Assembly: GCA_037447605.1 (NCBI GenBank)
Contig: CM074820.1
Coordinates: 2,108,001-2,172,000, forward strand
From: Zygnema circumcarinatum SAG 698-1b
Lineage: Eukaryota; Plantae; Zygnematophyceae
DNA length: 64,000 nt
Direction: 5' to 3'
The notes under the pieces were generated by a model. It made no database searches, was not told the origin of the DNA, and was given only the letters and a program-made list of their open reading frames with translations. Of this stretch, positions 36,588 through 61,155 are shown piece after piece; the stretch's first letter is position 1, and each line of letters opens with the position of its first letter. Made by a program: the position numbers and the translations under genes.

Positions 36588-37522
36588 GGCTATCCGAACT
36601 TTACTCTTCCTCGCCGTTCCTTTGCTTCACTTGTGCCACTGTTGGGGATGTGCCCTTTTCCTTGAATATGTTTTTTCGAGGCATCCCGGATTTGCTCCAT
36701 GCTGCCGTGGTTATGCATGGTTAGCCGCAGGGTACCATTTGGGGCGCTTCTTCCATTTGCTTGCATGCCTTACGAGTGCTTTTCTTCACCTCGATGCCGA
36801 CAGTTTTCCTTCATCGGCAACAACCTCACCTTGCACATCTTAAGTCACTGCGTACAAACAGGAAATGCGATGACCCGTGTGAAGCTGAATCATAGGCCGG
36901 ACTGGCCGCCCCTGGTCCCTTGGAGTCTCACTCACTACCGGTCTCGGCTCTGCCAGGGTCCCTCCTCTCCCCTCCCCTCCCTTCCTACGCTATATATGGC
37001 TGCCTCTCCTCTCCTCGCAAGCGCATTCCCGTCGCCACTGCACATCCATACATCTTCTCCAGCGTTGCCTGGTCTCCACCATGACTGACCATCATGACTG
37101 ACTACTGACCACAGTCGAGTCCCTGCCACTGCTCGCAACTAATGACTAATGATTAAGTCAGTCGCCAATGCCGGAGTCGAGACCCTGCCGTCCGACACGA
37201 GATGGGTGACGTAATTAGCACGTCACTAGCAGCAAGGAAACCCTCCCCGCCGCCATTTCCCACTTGCGAAGCCGCGGCCCGGGATGGCCACGTGGCACAA
37301 TGCTGACGCGAGCAGACCGCTGACGCATACTCTCTCACGTGCAAGCATATGCGTTGTCGTGTGCCACGTGGCGGTTCGCCTCCCCTAGTCATATCCGCCT
37401 GGACAGGGAGGGAGAGGGAAAGAAGAGCGGGCGGGAGAGTGAGGGGGAGGGGGAGTGGGAGAGGGAGTGGGAGTGGGAGAGGGAGAGGGAAATCTGCAGG
37501 AGTCGAAGGGGAGGGGACAGCC

Positions 37523-37726
37523 ATGGTTGCGCGGAAGGAGGCAGCCATGGCTGCGGGGGCGCAATCGGACCTCGCCCACGTGCTGCCGCGCGTCCTCATC
37601 GTGTCGCGCAGGACTGTGAGGAAGAACAAGTTCGTCGACTTTGTAGGTCAGAGCACATTACTCTTCTGCTGTAGTCCATGTGGAAGGAAGACTTACTTGT
37701 TTGTGCTCTCTCTGTCTCAACTCTCC

Positions 37727-37757
<31 letters not shown>

Positions 37758-40326
37758 CCTTCCCGTCGCTCTCGCTCCTAGTTGCGCTCCCGTTGTTACA
37801 CTGTCCGAAATTGTCTTCGAAAAAACTCTTTCAAAGGTTCTTGCCCTTCTGCTGTCATTGAATTAAAATAAAGAGGAATGGAGAGAGACGCAAATAAGCA
37901 ACCGTGAAGCCGCGCCTGCAATCCAGCTCTGTTTGCTTTATTTCCTCTTCTCGCACAGCTAATAGCATATGATTGTCTGTAACGTCTTGAACACATCTTT
38001 AAAAAAATTTACTTCAACTAGAGGCTTCTTCTGTCCGGTTTTCCAGAAAGCAGCGGAGGAAGCATTGAAGAGTTAGCTTGTCCTGACAAGAAGAAGCATG
38101 TTCTCTCCCTCTTTTCTCGCCCCCTTCGTTTCTTCATTGTTCTCAGGAGAATATCATCTTGACCTTATTGTGAAGTACGGTGCCGTTCCCGTTATCGTGC
38201 CACGTGTAATGGGCGTGCAGTCCCTGCTGGACAGCTTTGAGCCCATCCATGGAGTGCTGCTCTGCGAGGGAGAGGACATAGACCCGAGCTTGTATGAGAA
38301 CGATGCGGAAGCTCTCAGTCCTGAAGAAATCGAAGAAATCAAAGCGGCGCATGCAAGTGATGCTGTCATAGATCACGCAAAGGACTCCATAGAACTGCAG
38401 CTTGCAAGGAGGTGTTTGGAACGCAATATTCCGTTCATGGGAATCTGCCGCGGCTCGCAAGTGCTGAATGTTGCGTGCGGAGGATCACTTTACACAGTGA
38501 GGACTCCTTCTTTGATGTCTCCAAGTCCTTTTTTTTTTCGTTTTTTCCTTCTGCTCGTTCTCTTTGCTTGCGTTTATTTATGCTTACGTTTGGGGAGCAG
38601 TCGGGTGGAAGCGCAGGATGTGGAGATGGAGCTTTCTCGGAAGCAGGGATTGACGATCAAACACATAGACTACGCCAATTATGGTAAGGAGCTTCTTGTG
38701 AAAGGTTTCTCAGAATTGCTTTCCTGTTTTGACACAGCTGCATACTTCAATGCAGCCTTCTATAGTCTGCCGCCCCCTTTTTTTTTTTGCTTTGACTAAG
38801 TTTCGTTTCTTGTCATGCATGCAGACGGTCATCGCCATCCCATCACTGTGGTGAAGGGCACTCCGCTGTGCGAATGGTTCCAAAAGTCTCTAGAGGAGAG
38901 AGGCAACGGGAGGGAGCTTATAGTAAACAGCTACCATCATCAGGTATGTCTATTTACTAGTGAGGAATTCCATCCCTTCTCAGTAGTGAATTGCATCAGC
39001 TCCTTTCCGAAACTGCGTTCTCATCAAGGGCTTTCAGACTTGGGAAATTCCATATCTTCTTTGCTTCCCTTTGAAGAAAGTACCTTAGATTTTGCCGTTA
39101 CAAACTTGCTCCTCTGGAAATCGTGCACCGATTTCGACTTCCGAAAATGTGCAGCTTTTCTAAGTCTGAAACCCCTTCTTGAGTTGCATCTGTTTGAATT
39201 TTTCCCTCTGTTCTGTCTTCGTTGTGGCAAATTGTTTGTCGAATTTTTCTTGTAGGGTGTCCGGAGACTGGCAGCTCGATTCAGGGCGATGGCGCATGCA
39301 GCGGATGGACTGGTGGAGGCATTCTATGATCCCGATACATACGATCCGGAGAATGGAAAATTCATCGTTGGCCTTCAGTTTCATCCGGAAAGAATGCGTC
39401 ACGATCAAGATGGTGCTGCTGTAGAGACTCACCCCGAGAGGGTTCAGGAACAAGTGTTCGATTACCCCGAATGTCCGCGAGCTTATCAGGTGAAAAATAA
39501 GTGAAAGTAAAACCTAGGGATTGTTTGAACTAACTGCAGTGGAGTAGCACCACCACAAAAAACACATGAATAAGTTGGTGGGTTTTGAGTTAGGCTCCTT
39601 TTTTCGTCGTCATTCCTCGTGTTCTATGCAGGAGTTTGCATTGGCTGTTCGCGGCTACCAGAAACGACTGAATCGGGAGGAGAACGGAGCAATAAGCAGT
39701 TTTCAAGACATGGAAAAGCAGGATCAGGGAGGAGAGGGGTTCCATCTGAGCCAAGAGATGGAGCAGGAACGGCAGAACATTGTTCGCAGTTTCAGTTTAG
39801 CTCGACAGGTCTATGATGAGCAGGTTCAGTTCAAACGAAATTCTTCCGCCCACGGGGGAAGCCATGCGCTGGACGCTCTGAAAAGGTCAAACTCCCAACA
39901 GGAACTCGACAAAGGCGCGGACTTTTTACAGGTAAAAACTCCTTTCTCTCTACATTGACTGCTTGTAAAAGTCAACATCCTTTGTGGGTTCGTATCCGCA
40001 ATCAAGTAGTAACAGCGAATCAATACTACTTCCTTCACCCCAAATCCTCAAATCGAGTTTTTCAAGTCTGAATTCCCCCTGATGATATCAAATTGGGGTT
40101 GCAGGAGAACACAGCATTGGGGACAAACTTGCTTCGTCGACTGAAAGCTGTCGGCGCTACTGTCCGAAACTCCTCCTTGGCGATGCTTGAACTCCGGCAG
40201 AAGGGGGGTCCCCGCCTGCATGAGGAGGGGGGGCAGCTGGGGGAGGCAGAGCTGCGGAGGGCGGTCGAGTATCACGAGAGGATGGCGGACATCGCCAAAC
40301 GCACCTTGGAGGCTATGAAGAAGTGA
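37523..40326 (+). CDS. Class I glutamine amidotransferase-like / PuuD-like hydrolase (peptidase C26), multi-exon
   Basis: [21 protein letters not shown]|[21 protein letters not shown]; [12 protein letters not shown]; [21 protein letters not shown] (nucleophile Cys); VNSYHHQ; [12 protein letters not shown] (His-Pro-Glu); TGA at 40324-40326. Confidence 0.93.
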
Positions 40327-40329
40327 GAA

Positions 40330-40565
40330 GGAGGAGCTGGAGGGAGGGAGGGAGGGAGGGAGGGAGGGAGGGACTGTGGAGAGTAGAAGAAGGAGAAGGA
40401 GGAGGAGGAGGTGAGCAAGGAGAAGAGGAGGAGGAGGTGAGCAAGGAGAGGAGGAGGAGGAGGAGGAGGTGAGCAAGGAGAAGAGGAGGAGGAGGAGGAG
40501 GTGAGCAAGGAGAAGAGGAGGAGGAGGAGGTGAGCAAGGAGAAGAGGGGGAGGAGGAGGAGGGTG
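40330..40565. repeat. GA-rich 3'-UTR repeat, five GGTGAGCAAGGAG(AAG)AGG(AGG)n units plus (GGGA)n
   Basis: Seen directly, immediately after the amidotransferase stop codon. Confidence 0.9.
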
Positions 40566-43500
40566 GTGAGATGTCTTCGGTGGTGTTTTTTGGTTTTTGG
40601 GGACTTCAGGAAGATCGATGTTCTATACGCGGAATGTACGAAGGTAGAAGCCGGCGGCGTGTACGACCAGGGGAAAGGCTAAGGAGGTTAAGGCCCCTTT
40701 TTTGTAGGACGTAAGGGACGAACAACGGCGAGTATGATAAGATTCTTCTCAGATTCTTTTCAGTGAGTGTACAGAAAATTATCGCGGGAGACGTGAGGGT
40801 ACTGAAGGATCAGACGTCGGACATTTTGGCAAATGCTAGAAAGTGTATATAACAGCTAATAATGACTTATAACTCCTATTATGTGTCGGCTAGGGTCGAG
40901 CCATTGTAAACTGGTGCACATGTGAAAACTACTTTTGCAATTGCAGTGTGCCATTGAGAATTTTCTGAATTGAAGAAGAGAAGGAAGCCCATCAGACAGG
41001 CGAAAGCTCTCTGAAGTTTTTCGGGGAATGCGACACCAAATACACATGCACAAATCAAACATGCGATATAACCATATCCATTGCACCCTTCTATGCCATG
41101 CATGCATGCAGCACATGGCGCCCACAAAGGAAGGAGGTGACCCCCAAAAGCGGGTACTGTACCACCATCCTCTAGTGCCGTCGTACACCCCTGCAGTGAC
41201 CGGCCCGGTCTCGATAAGGTCCCCCCCGTCCCTGCAGTCCCCGGCCCCTGTCCGCTCCGTGCATGGGCCATGCAGGGGTCGTGGGTTCGATCCCCCGCGG
41301 CGGCCCTCAAGCGAGCGAGCCACCACGTGCCGCCACGTGGTGCCACCCGTCCCTTCGGCCAATGGCCGCCTCCGCTGGCGGCCACCTCGCGGGCCGTACG
41401 GCCTGGTCACCATTATGGTGGCCGTATCACTAAACGACAAACTATTTTGTCGTTTTATAGTTACAGAAGACGGCGCAGCGGCGTGCGCCAAAACGGAGTC
41501 GTAACGGCCGGGGCTGTCCGCAAAGCGATCGGCTGGCGTCGTAAAACGACAAAAAAAGGACTTTTTGGAGGGTCGCTGAAATACGTCCAAACGTGATCTT
41601 TGCGGATTTCACGCTTGACCTAGTGGGCTCGCGCCAGATTTCAAATAGTAATAGTAAAAATAAAATTCGAACGGGTTGTTTACCTTCAGTAGAACTGGGA
41701 ACGTTAGTCGAACTTAGTACTTCTGTGCAGCCAATGTTTGCGTCTCGCGGAGCACTTGCTCTATGTTATATTTTACATCCACAGTTTTAGTTTTACTGTC
41801 AATGTTCATGTCAGCTACGTGCTTCCAGTTTCGTTAGTCTAGTGGCAGTTGGGCCCGCGGAGGGGCCCGGTCTTTCGGCACGTTTCGGGGGGGCGCCGTC
41901 CGTACGCCGCAACTCACCAAGAAACGTACGGAATTAAAGCCCCATGCCTTGCTGGCAATGGTAGAGCGGGCGGGTGTTCTTGTCCTTTCGGTACGCGACA
42001 CCTGGGGGGTGCGTGGCGGCCGACATTTGGCTCCGCGCAACCGGGGCCAGCTCACGGGCGGCAGCTTTTGTCTTGTAGGTCTTCAATGTGTGGCACGTGA
42101 CGCGGAATATCCTTTATCAGATATTTCCAACGTCCGTACTGTTCCTTCGTACGATTCGTACGTTCCCAATCGCCCGTATAAAACGGCGGCCGCTTTTTGA
42201 CCTGCTCTTTTTCCCCTCACAAATTCCGCTTTTCACTCTTCCCGCGCCCGCTTTGTGCGCTTTTCCTCCGTTCGCCGTCGCTCTCAACGGCCCAACTGCC
42301 ATAGAACGCCCCGTTCTATGCGCCCTCCCCGCTCCTGAAGCCGCCTACCCCCCGCCGACTCCCAACGGCCCGTCCCAATATCCGGTCCGTACGGCCACGT
42401 CGGCGCCTGTTCCCATTACAGCGACGGCGCGTTGACTGCGTTCCCACGGGTCCTGACCGCTCCGGCGGCGAGGACGGGAGGGGGGGGGGCGGCGGGGGGG
42501 CGCCTTGCGTTGGATATTTGGAAGGGGCCAAAGGGCCGGCGAGCTGGCACGCGGGCGCCATTGAAGGGCGGGTCGGCCTGCATGTGCGCGGGGGGCCGCT
42601 GACGAGGACGAGGCAAGGGACAAGGGAGGGAGGGGGGGGCGGCGGTAGGGAGGGAGAGAAAGAGGGAGAGAAAGAGGGAGAGGTAGGAGGAGGTGGGAGA
42701 GAGGAAGAGAGGAAGAGAGGAGGGAGGCTACATGTGTGGCGTACACCCCTGCCAGGAGGCAGTCCTCCGAGAGGAGCGCGGCAGCCCTGCCGCCGCGTTC
42801 AGTGAAGTATCTGTAAGCTCGCACGACTGCTCTTTGCTTCTCTGTCCCTCCAACACTGAATAGAAAAGGAGCAGCGAACGGTTTTTTGAGTGACCTGGGA
42901 GCGTTGGAAAGGTAGGTAGAAGATAGTTGTAGGCACTGTGTGAAGATTGACAGAATCTCGAGGAAAAGCTATAGGAGGGAGTGAGAGAGGGAGAGGGAGA
43001 GGAAGAGAGGGAGGTGATTTCAAGCAAGGCGCCTGCTCGACAGGTTGTCGCCCAATTCATTGTAGCTGTTCCAAGGTAAGGCCAGTAGTGCACCTGCAGA
43101 GGCAGACATTGGAAGCTGAATGCTTGGTGCTTGCAAGCAGCTCTTCCTGTTTGAGTGCCAGTCTCATTTCCTGGGTAAACTCCGCTCTGCTGGCGCATTG
43201 CTGAGAGGGAAGCTGTTCTTTTGGTGACAGAGATGCGCTGCTGCAACCGTATTTACTAGAAGTTGCTGCTTGGGTTCTCAATAGGAGGAATATCAGAAAG
43301 TTTTGAGCTTTGATGGCTCCTTTTTTATCACGTCCCAGTCCTGCAATGTCATGTTACAGAATGCGTTTTATTGCTGGGTGGCCGATAGTCTGCTATGTGC
43401 CCAACTTTTCCTTTAAGATTCCAGTTGTCCGAAATGCAGGTCTCGCGTTCTGATTCTTGCTTAGTTTCTGTGACATTTATCTTGCGACCTTTTTTTTTGC

Positions 43501-43764
43501 GAAGTTGACCATCTTACTTGCGTGTCAGAATTCAGCATACATCCTGACATGCCTACTTCCACTCCGCTCGGAAGTCACTGAAAATGCAGCCACGATCTTT
43601 GTATTGAATGCGTTGGAAATTGCCGAGTGTAGTGAATTCCACAGACTATATGCCTGTTGTTTGGTTCAATTAATGTTACGGGAATAGGATTCATTTCAAT
43701 TGTTTTCTGTCTTCAGGCCTATTTCTGTCTTCAGGCCTATTTCTGTCAGAAGGTGTATCCAGAA

Positions 43765-54368
<10,604 letters not shown>

Positions 54369-55900
54369 CTCTGCTGACGAAAGGCTGTGCAAGTGGATGG
54401 AGGCTGTGCCAGGGGGGAGGGAGGGAGGGTGATGCGAGGGAATTGAGAGAGTGGAGAGAGAAAGAGAGAGTGAGAGAAAGAAAGAGCGAGGGAGGGAGGG
54501 ATGCAAGGACGGGCCCGCGTGGCATCAGCTGTGTGAAGTGAGTGTTGCTGGACCGGCATGGACACTGAACCCGGACTCTAGCGGTTGGTTTGTGATGGGC
54601 CGTGTCTTGTGTGCTTTGGCTCACAGGGGGCTAACGGGGACGACATGTTCTCTGGCAATGACACGGATGGTGGGGAAATCACTATGTTTGGCAAGTGAGC
54701 AAGGCCAAACGCAGGGTTCAGGGAGCCCTCATCCTCAGGTGTACAGATATGGCGGCTGGGCTCGGGGCCGGGGCTGAGAGTTCAGGGCCTGTGCTTCCCA
54801 GCCGCAATTAGCGCATTCCTTATATGTTACTGGCGGGAGGTAGCGGCACAATGGAGAGGGACTTGCAAGGCAGACAGAGAATAAAGCAGCAGAGTAGATG
54901 AGGTGGGAGTTCAATTTCAGTGCTCAGTAGCCTGAACTCCCCTAATCATACCATGTATTCATTAATTTCTATAGCATTCGTTCAATAATTGTGCTAGGCA
55001 TGAAATGGCATGGCATGTGCGTGTGGGTAGTGTTGTGGGTGCGGGGTGTGAGGGGAATCCTCTGAATCCATTCTTGGAATGTCCTTGCTCTGATTTTTCC
55101 GGGTAGTTGCTTAATCCGTGTGTGGGCTTCTTGTAAAGAGCTGAAATGTTGGAACTCTCCAATGTTCAGAATGGACACTTCTGGGATCTGAGCCTTGAAT
55201 AAATATTGATATGGAAGAAAGTAGGTTTTGTTGTGCTGTTTGTACGAATTTAGCGGCTAAACGTGTACAGGTTTGGAGTTCAACTGAAGCAGATGATGGT
55301 TAATTGTGTCCAGGGTGCAGTCGGCACTTTTGTTGAGTAAAAATGTGGAGGGCTTTTCTTAATCTATATCTCGCTATCTCAGAATTATGGTAGGGTGCAT
55401 TTTCATGCTTTAACTGTCTTGAATTTTTTTGACGTTTTCCAACTTTGCTTATGAGAGTAGAAACAGTTCAACCGTTCACGCTCGAATTGGAAATGGAAGA
55501 ACCTAACGAAAATCAATTTACCATCTAAACGTCGACACACGGTGGCAGATATGAGCCAGCTGGCTCGCGTAAAATATGATAGGACTTCTATATGCAAATA
55601 CAAATTGTCATGGAAAACGTGGGCAATTTGTTATTTCTACACAAAGGAAGATAGATCACATTGACAAAAAAAACCAAAGCACACTTCTAGCTTTCAAGCA
55701 TGCGCAGGTACATACATTGACCAATTCAGCCGTTAGTGTTTAACTTCTCGAACCCCCACATGGCAACACCCGTTGTAAACAACCACGCGACGACACTTGG
55801 GAGTTCTGTAAACGGCAAAACTTCCATGACTCACATGAAGATTATCCACAAGGCTCACTTAATGGAGAGAGGGGCTCCAACACAGGCTTTAGGGTTCCGA

Positions 55901-58900
55901 TCAGACCTTCAAGGCCACCTTGTGCACCATCGTCTCCTTGTGAATCTGATGGCAGCTGGTCTCAACCAGGTCCAGCAGCTTCTCAATGTTCCCCGCCCAC
56001 TGGTTCAACATCTCATTGCTGTCCTGCCGCCCTCTGAAAGTAACAATTCCTGATGGTCGGTCGATCTTCGCAAAGAGGGCCTTCACGACCACCATCTCTG
56101 ACAAATGCTTCTCCGCATCCTGCAAGCGCACAGACAAGGCATCAGGTTAACCACTCCTTCCCCCCAAGGTAGAAAAGACCTGGGCAATATCTCGGCGAGC
56201 TCAGAGCTCCTTGACGAAACAAGATAGGAAACAAATACATATAAAATCATAAAGAATGCTTATCTTACCTCAACTGAAAGATCCAACAGCTCTGCTAGTC
56301 GCTGTATAGTGATGCGAGAGTAATACTTGGCCACCACCAGAATGTTCTGCACAACCACAATAAATCGAAGGGCGTTATGACAAAGAGAGACAATTGCACC
56401 CGTCTAAACCTCTGACAAATATATCACAGTTTTGTCGACAAAAGATACCCTATAGGGGAATGAAGGAAAGAATTGAAAACGCTCACACCATGTTTGAGTA
56501 TAGGGAAAGCATGATACCCGCTAGTTGCTAGAGTATGCCCACCTGCTCATTTACACGCTGCCGTAAATCATCCATGGCCTCCTTTTTCCCAAATATGGAA
56601 GTCTCCTCCTCCATCTCAGATAGATAGCTACTTGCAAGCTGGGGCCATCGAATGACCTCCCAAGTGATGAAATGCTTAAGTAGCGATCTGTCAGAGTAAG
56701 GGACAGGAAGAGGATGGAATGAATCAACGTTTCAAGTAAGCTCCTGTGTTCAATCGTTGCTGGAAGCTGCATGAGAAAACATTGGCTTGGTTTCCAGGAG
56801 GAATAAATCACTCACAGAAACTTTGGAATTTCCTGCAAGCGCTTATCTTCTGCTGTTGCTTGAAGAAGGCTCGACTGCATACTCCCATGGGGTGCAAGCA
56901 CCAAATACCAGCAGATCTTTTTCAGAACCTGCAGCAAGCTTGTCAAAAGTTTGAGCGTCAGATATCAACAATCATTACAGGTAGCAACCACCACGCGAGA
57001 TTGGGTTCAATTCCTGAGGGCGCACTACGTCAGAAATCTTATGATTGCAGCTAGCCACGTGAAGTTCCTCAGACCCTTCTTGCCATGAAAGTCAGCTGAA
57101 GACAAACAAAATTCCTAAATGATCTAGAAATCTCACATTGTACAACGGTTCAAGGTCAAGTTCTTTGATAATTTTGAAAGCGGAATGCATACTGTACTAA
57201 ATTGGCGGGATCGGCTTACCGGCATCCATTCAGCAGGGTCTTGCCTCACAGCAGGAGTTTCATAAATTGACCGGTAGCAACGACTAATCTCAAGGTAGTC
57301 CTTTGAATGACTATGATACCTGCTTTCCCCACGTGTTATTCTTGATTAGGAAGAAGAAAGAATAATCAGGACGAACGAAATCCCTGCTGAAATATTCATG
57401 CAGATTCACACGCACAAATTCATACAAATTCATATAAATTCATCATCAAAATCTCGTTCGAACCTTATCATGAGCTCATAAAACTTGCGTTTCAACGCAG
57501 GCAATTCCGGTACATCTGGTGCAGCAGCTTCCACTGCCTGATCGCCTTCCCGGGCTTTCTTCTTTTCTGAATCCTCCAAAAAGACACGAGGGTTGATCTT
57601 CTTGGCAAGAATCTGAGCTCGCATGTAATCCTCATGATCCAAACACAGGCGGACCTGGAGAGCAAAACGAACAGTGAGGTTATCATAGTCATGGATATTG
57701 ATCGATCGCCCTTTCCCTTCGCAGCTGTAAAATATCGAACATCAAGCTGGCAAGCATACTCGCAACATTTCTTCTACATTCGGAAAACCAACAATGACGG
57801 ATCAGAATTAAGCCGCCAAATCTTCTCAGAGTACCTTAACTGAAATAGCACAAACAAGGCTCACACTAGATGTTCAAATTGCACAGAAAGAAATGTGAGG
57901 CTATTATAGAGCTAAAATTTAGGGCAATATTGAAGGGGTTCATCAAGCATGTCAAGTTAAACACATCTGGAGGTGCATGATAACCAATTAACAACAAACA
58001 TCAATGGTCCGAACGAACAATATGCGCAAGGGAGTCCCTCCAGAGCGTGACTTTCCAGCGCCGATCTGCTGCTTCTAAAAAATGGGAAAGACAAACCTGC
58101 TCAAGAATGAATGCGATTTTTTCAGTCTTCGCCATGGCTCCGAAGGTCTCTACCTGTTCCATCCCAAGAACCATAGCGAAGGCTTGAATAAGAGCAGCCC
58201 ACCTCATTGACACTGAAAACGAGGCAATGGCATGCCCTAAAATGCCATGGTTACTTAACATCAGTCGAAATAAAAACGTATAGTCGAAAGTGAAGATACA
58301 TGGAAAACAAAGCACAGCACATGTAAAGGTACACGTCATCCACAGCTCAACATTATCCAAAGCGATGTAGTCAAGCATAATTTCGTGAAGCGCAGCAACC
58401 AAATACCAATGTGCCAAATATCCTCTAGTGCTCTGCCCACTCACCGCAACTTCTTGCATAATTGATGCCGCTTCTTTAATCTGACCTTGGCTCTCTCTGA
58501 TCGCAGCCAGTTTCTTGGTTAATCGAGCCCTCTCTATCTCAACATATATCTGCAGAACAACCCTTCACCAAATTCTGTTGATTATAGCGCATTGTCGAAA
58601 AGGGCAGTGCAGAATCACTTCTAAGTCAAAACATGGACATGATCTCAGTTTGAAAACAATTCAAGTATTTACCATGGTGTCGGATTTTCCATCTACGCCG
58701 ACTAAACAAACGAACAAGATGCCGAGCACCACCAAACTTATAAAGAGCTCCATTCTCTACAATCAGAACATACCTTGCCAGCTGTCACAGTACTGAGGGT
58801 TTTGATTAGCTCAACCCGCGTGTCCAGGTCTGGAGCTGCATCCACATACTTCATGGCCTCCTGGACCATGACTGCCACAGCCTGCAAGAACAATAAAAAA

Positions 58901-59942
58901 ACACTCAGATTGTTTCCTACGATGCCTTCTAAGACCTTCATTTCAGGAATCTTCAATCTCCTTTCAGCACCTTCCAGTTACACGAGCAACCTCATACTTG
59001 GTACCTCGTTGTTAAATCAGACTCTAGCTTACAAAACTTTAGATTTCTTCACGAAAAGATCTGCTCGGAACCGCATGAGAGGCGGCTCCTAATTGACCGC
59101 AACTGGAATAAAATCCTCAATTAACTAAATGGGAAAGCAAAATTGATAAGCAGAAGGTTACTCACAATCACCAGATAGGGAGAAACATACCTGCTTCAGC
59201 TGAGCCCTGCGCTTAGAAAGGAGCACAATGTTGTCATTTAAAGCCTTCCAATTATTGGATTCCCGACAAATTTGAACAACAGCAAGCACCACCGTCTTTG
59301 TTCCAGTGACATCTGCAGCCTGCACTCTCATGAAAATGAGAAAATTCAGACTAGCGAGAATTTAAATACAGACAGGGATTAGACATCACCATCAATCTCT
59401 CCTGATGAGAATTTCTGAGCGGAGATCAATTCTGATGAAGAGAGGGTTGCTTGCTGCTTCTCTCCTTCGTTTCAGGGAGAAAAAATAATTATACAAAAAC
59501 TGTCAATCCGTCACACAAGTGAGGTGAATCAAAGTTCAGGACCAACCAATCTCATCTGCTTCTCCAAGTTAAGCAGATTCTCCAACGCCTCATTCAGCTT
59601 GCCTTCCTGCAAATACAGATTTCAAGTCGAACATCAAACAATTCCGAAGCGAAAAAACAAAGTGGAGAGAGAAAAGCAGCTGTCAAAAAGAAAATCGACT
59701 CCTTGAGCTGCATGCTATCAATAAGCCACACGAAACAGGGTTGCTGGCGATAAAGATAGCAATCGACTCTATAGCACAAAACGCACAAAATATACGAATA
59801 TAACCATCCTGCCTGTAATTTCACTTGCCTTCAAAGCAACATCGCGCTGAGTTTGAACGTTTGCATTCAAGGCATCATAATCAATATCGGACTTCTTTCC
59901 TGAAGCGTTTCCCTCCACCGTCTTGTCATCCACCGCACTCAT
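55901..59942 (-). CDS. RPN5: 26S proteasome lid subunit RPN5 (PSMD12), multi-exon
   Basis: [10 protein letters not shown] | [18 protein letters not shown] | [25 protein letters not shown] | [15 protein letters not shown] | [19 protein letters not shown] | [20 protein letters not shown] | [37 protein letters not shown]. Start codon at 59942 is tentative. Confidence 0.95.
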
Positions 59943-60370
59943 ATTCGCTCGATTCAACCAACTTGCAACTGCTGTCGTCAAATTCTAGTACTTTTGGGCG
60001 GCCTTTCCAGCCGCAGTGTAATTGCAAACTGGTCTTTCCGAATTAAGCTGAAGGTATCTGGCAGCAGTGCAGTGTTCAGAGCCCACAGCCTCCCGCAACC
60101 TCTCCCCTCTCCTCCTCGCCCTCTCAAGCCCAACCCTAATGCAGTGCCTCCCCCGCCCTGTCCGCCCTCCCTCTCCCACCCATCTGCTCAGGTATCGATG
60201 CATACCGGGCCATAGCGGTACGTCACCAGAAACGCCATATACATATCGAGATATATCTCCATCTAGGCACATCGGCCATATCCATAATATCGGAAAGCTC
60301 AAAGCTGCGCGATACGCATTAAATATCGTCCGATATTCGTGGTCCAAGGGCCCGCGTAAAGTGACAGCGC

Positions 60371-60587
60371 CCACCCATCCATCAATCGCATGACATCCAT
60401 CGCATGCATCCATCCATCCATCCATCCATCCATCGCATGCATCCATCCATCCATCGCATGCACCCATCCATCCATCCACCCATCCATCCATCCATCGCAT
60501 GCATCCATCCATCCATCCACCCATCCATCCATCCATCGCATGCATCCATCCATCCATCCACCCATCCATCCATCCATCCATCGCATG
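60371..60587. repeat. Composite (ATCC)n microsatellite interrupted by CGCATG, upstream of RPN5 ATG
   Basis: (CATC)n blocks separated by about seven CGCATG units. Confidence 0.9.
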
Positions 60588-61155
60588 CCGCTGTGAGGGA
60601 GAGAGAGGATGGCCTGTGGGCTTGCATCCTTGGGGCCGTTGCACAGGCCACCTCTATGCCTAATCGAGGAAACCAACTTAATTGGCGTAAAAGGTTTCAC
60701 ATTACACCACACCACATCACGCTGACGTCTTGTATGATTCCATCCAATACAATTTACAACTTTTACTGTGAATTAGAGTTAAAAAAAAAAAAATGTTTTT
60801 ACAAATGCTCCCTAACATTTGGGACAATCGACAAGATGCGGCTTGTCGTTGAGCCGCCTGGGTGTGGCATTGGCCTCGCGACGCCATCCAATGGACACGG
60901 GCACCATCAACAACAACATGCTGACCCACAGGCCCTCCCTCCCACTGGCCGCGCCGCAAGGGCGCGTCCCTCGGCCGCCGCCTGCGGTCCTCCCGCCGGC
61001 GTTTTCTTCATGACGTCATATGACGCCTGCCCTCTGACGCGTGGTCGCCTCCTAGTGATCGAAACGCCCTGCTGACGCTCCGATGGCGTCACCATCTTGG
61101 AGCGATCCTTCCCCGCGACTCCCCCAACGCGCCCGGCGGGCGGCGGTACATCCTA

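Noticed and set aside
41230-41300. tRNA B-box-like GGGTTCGATCCCC
   Set aside because: No A-box, the T-stem pairs poorly and no cloverleaf can be drawn. At most a SINE-like remnant.
42728-43246. 172-aa minus-strand ORF antisense to the neochrome 5' region
   Set aside because: No homology cues; it overlaps GA-rich UTR/intron sequence.
59985-60715. ORFs with MDGWMDG / HPSIHPS repeats
   Set aside because: Translation of the (ATCC)n microsatellite.
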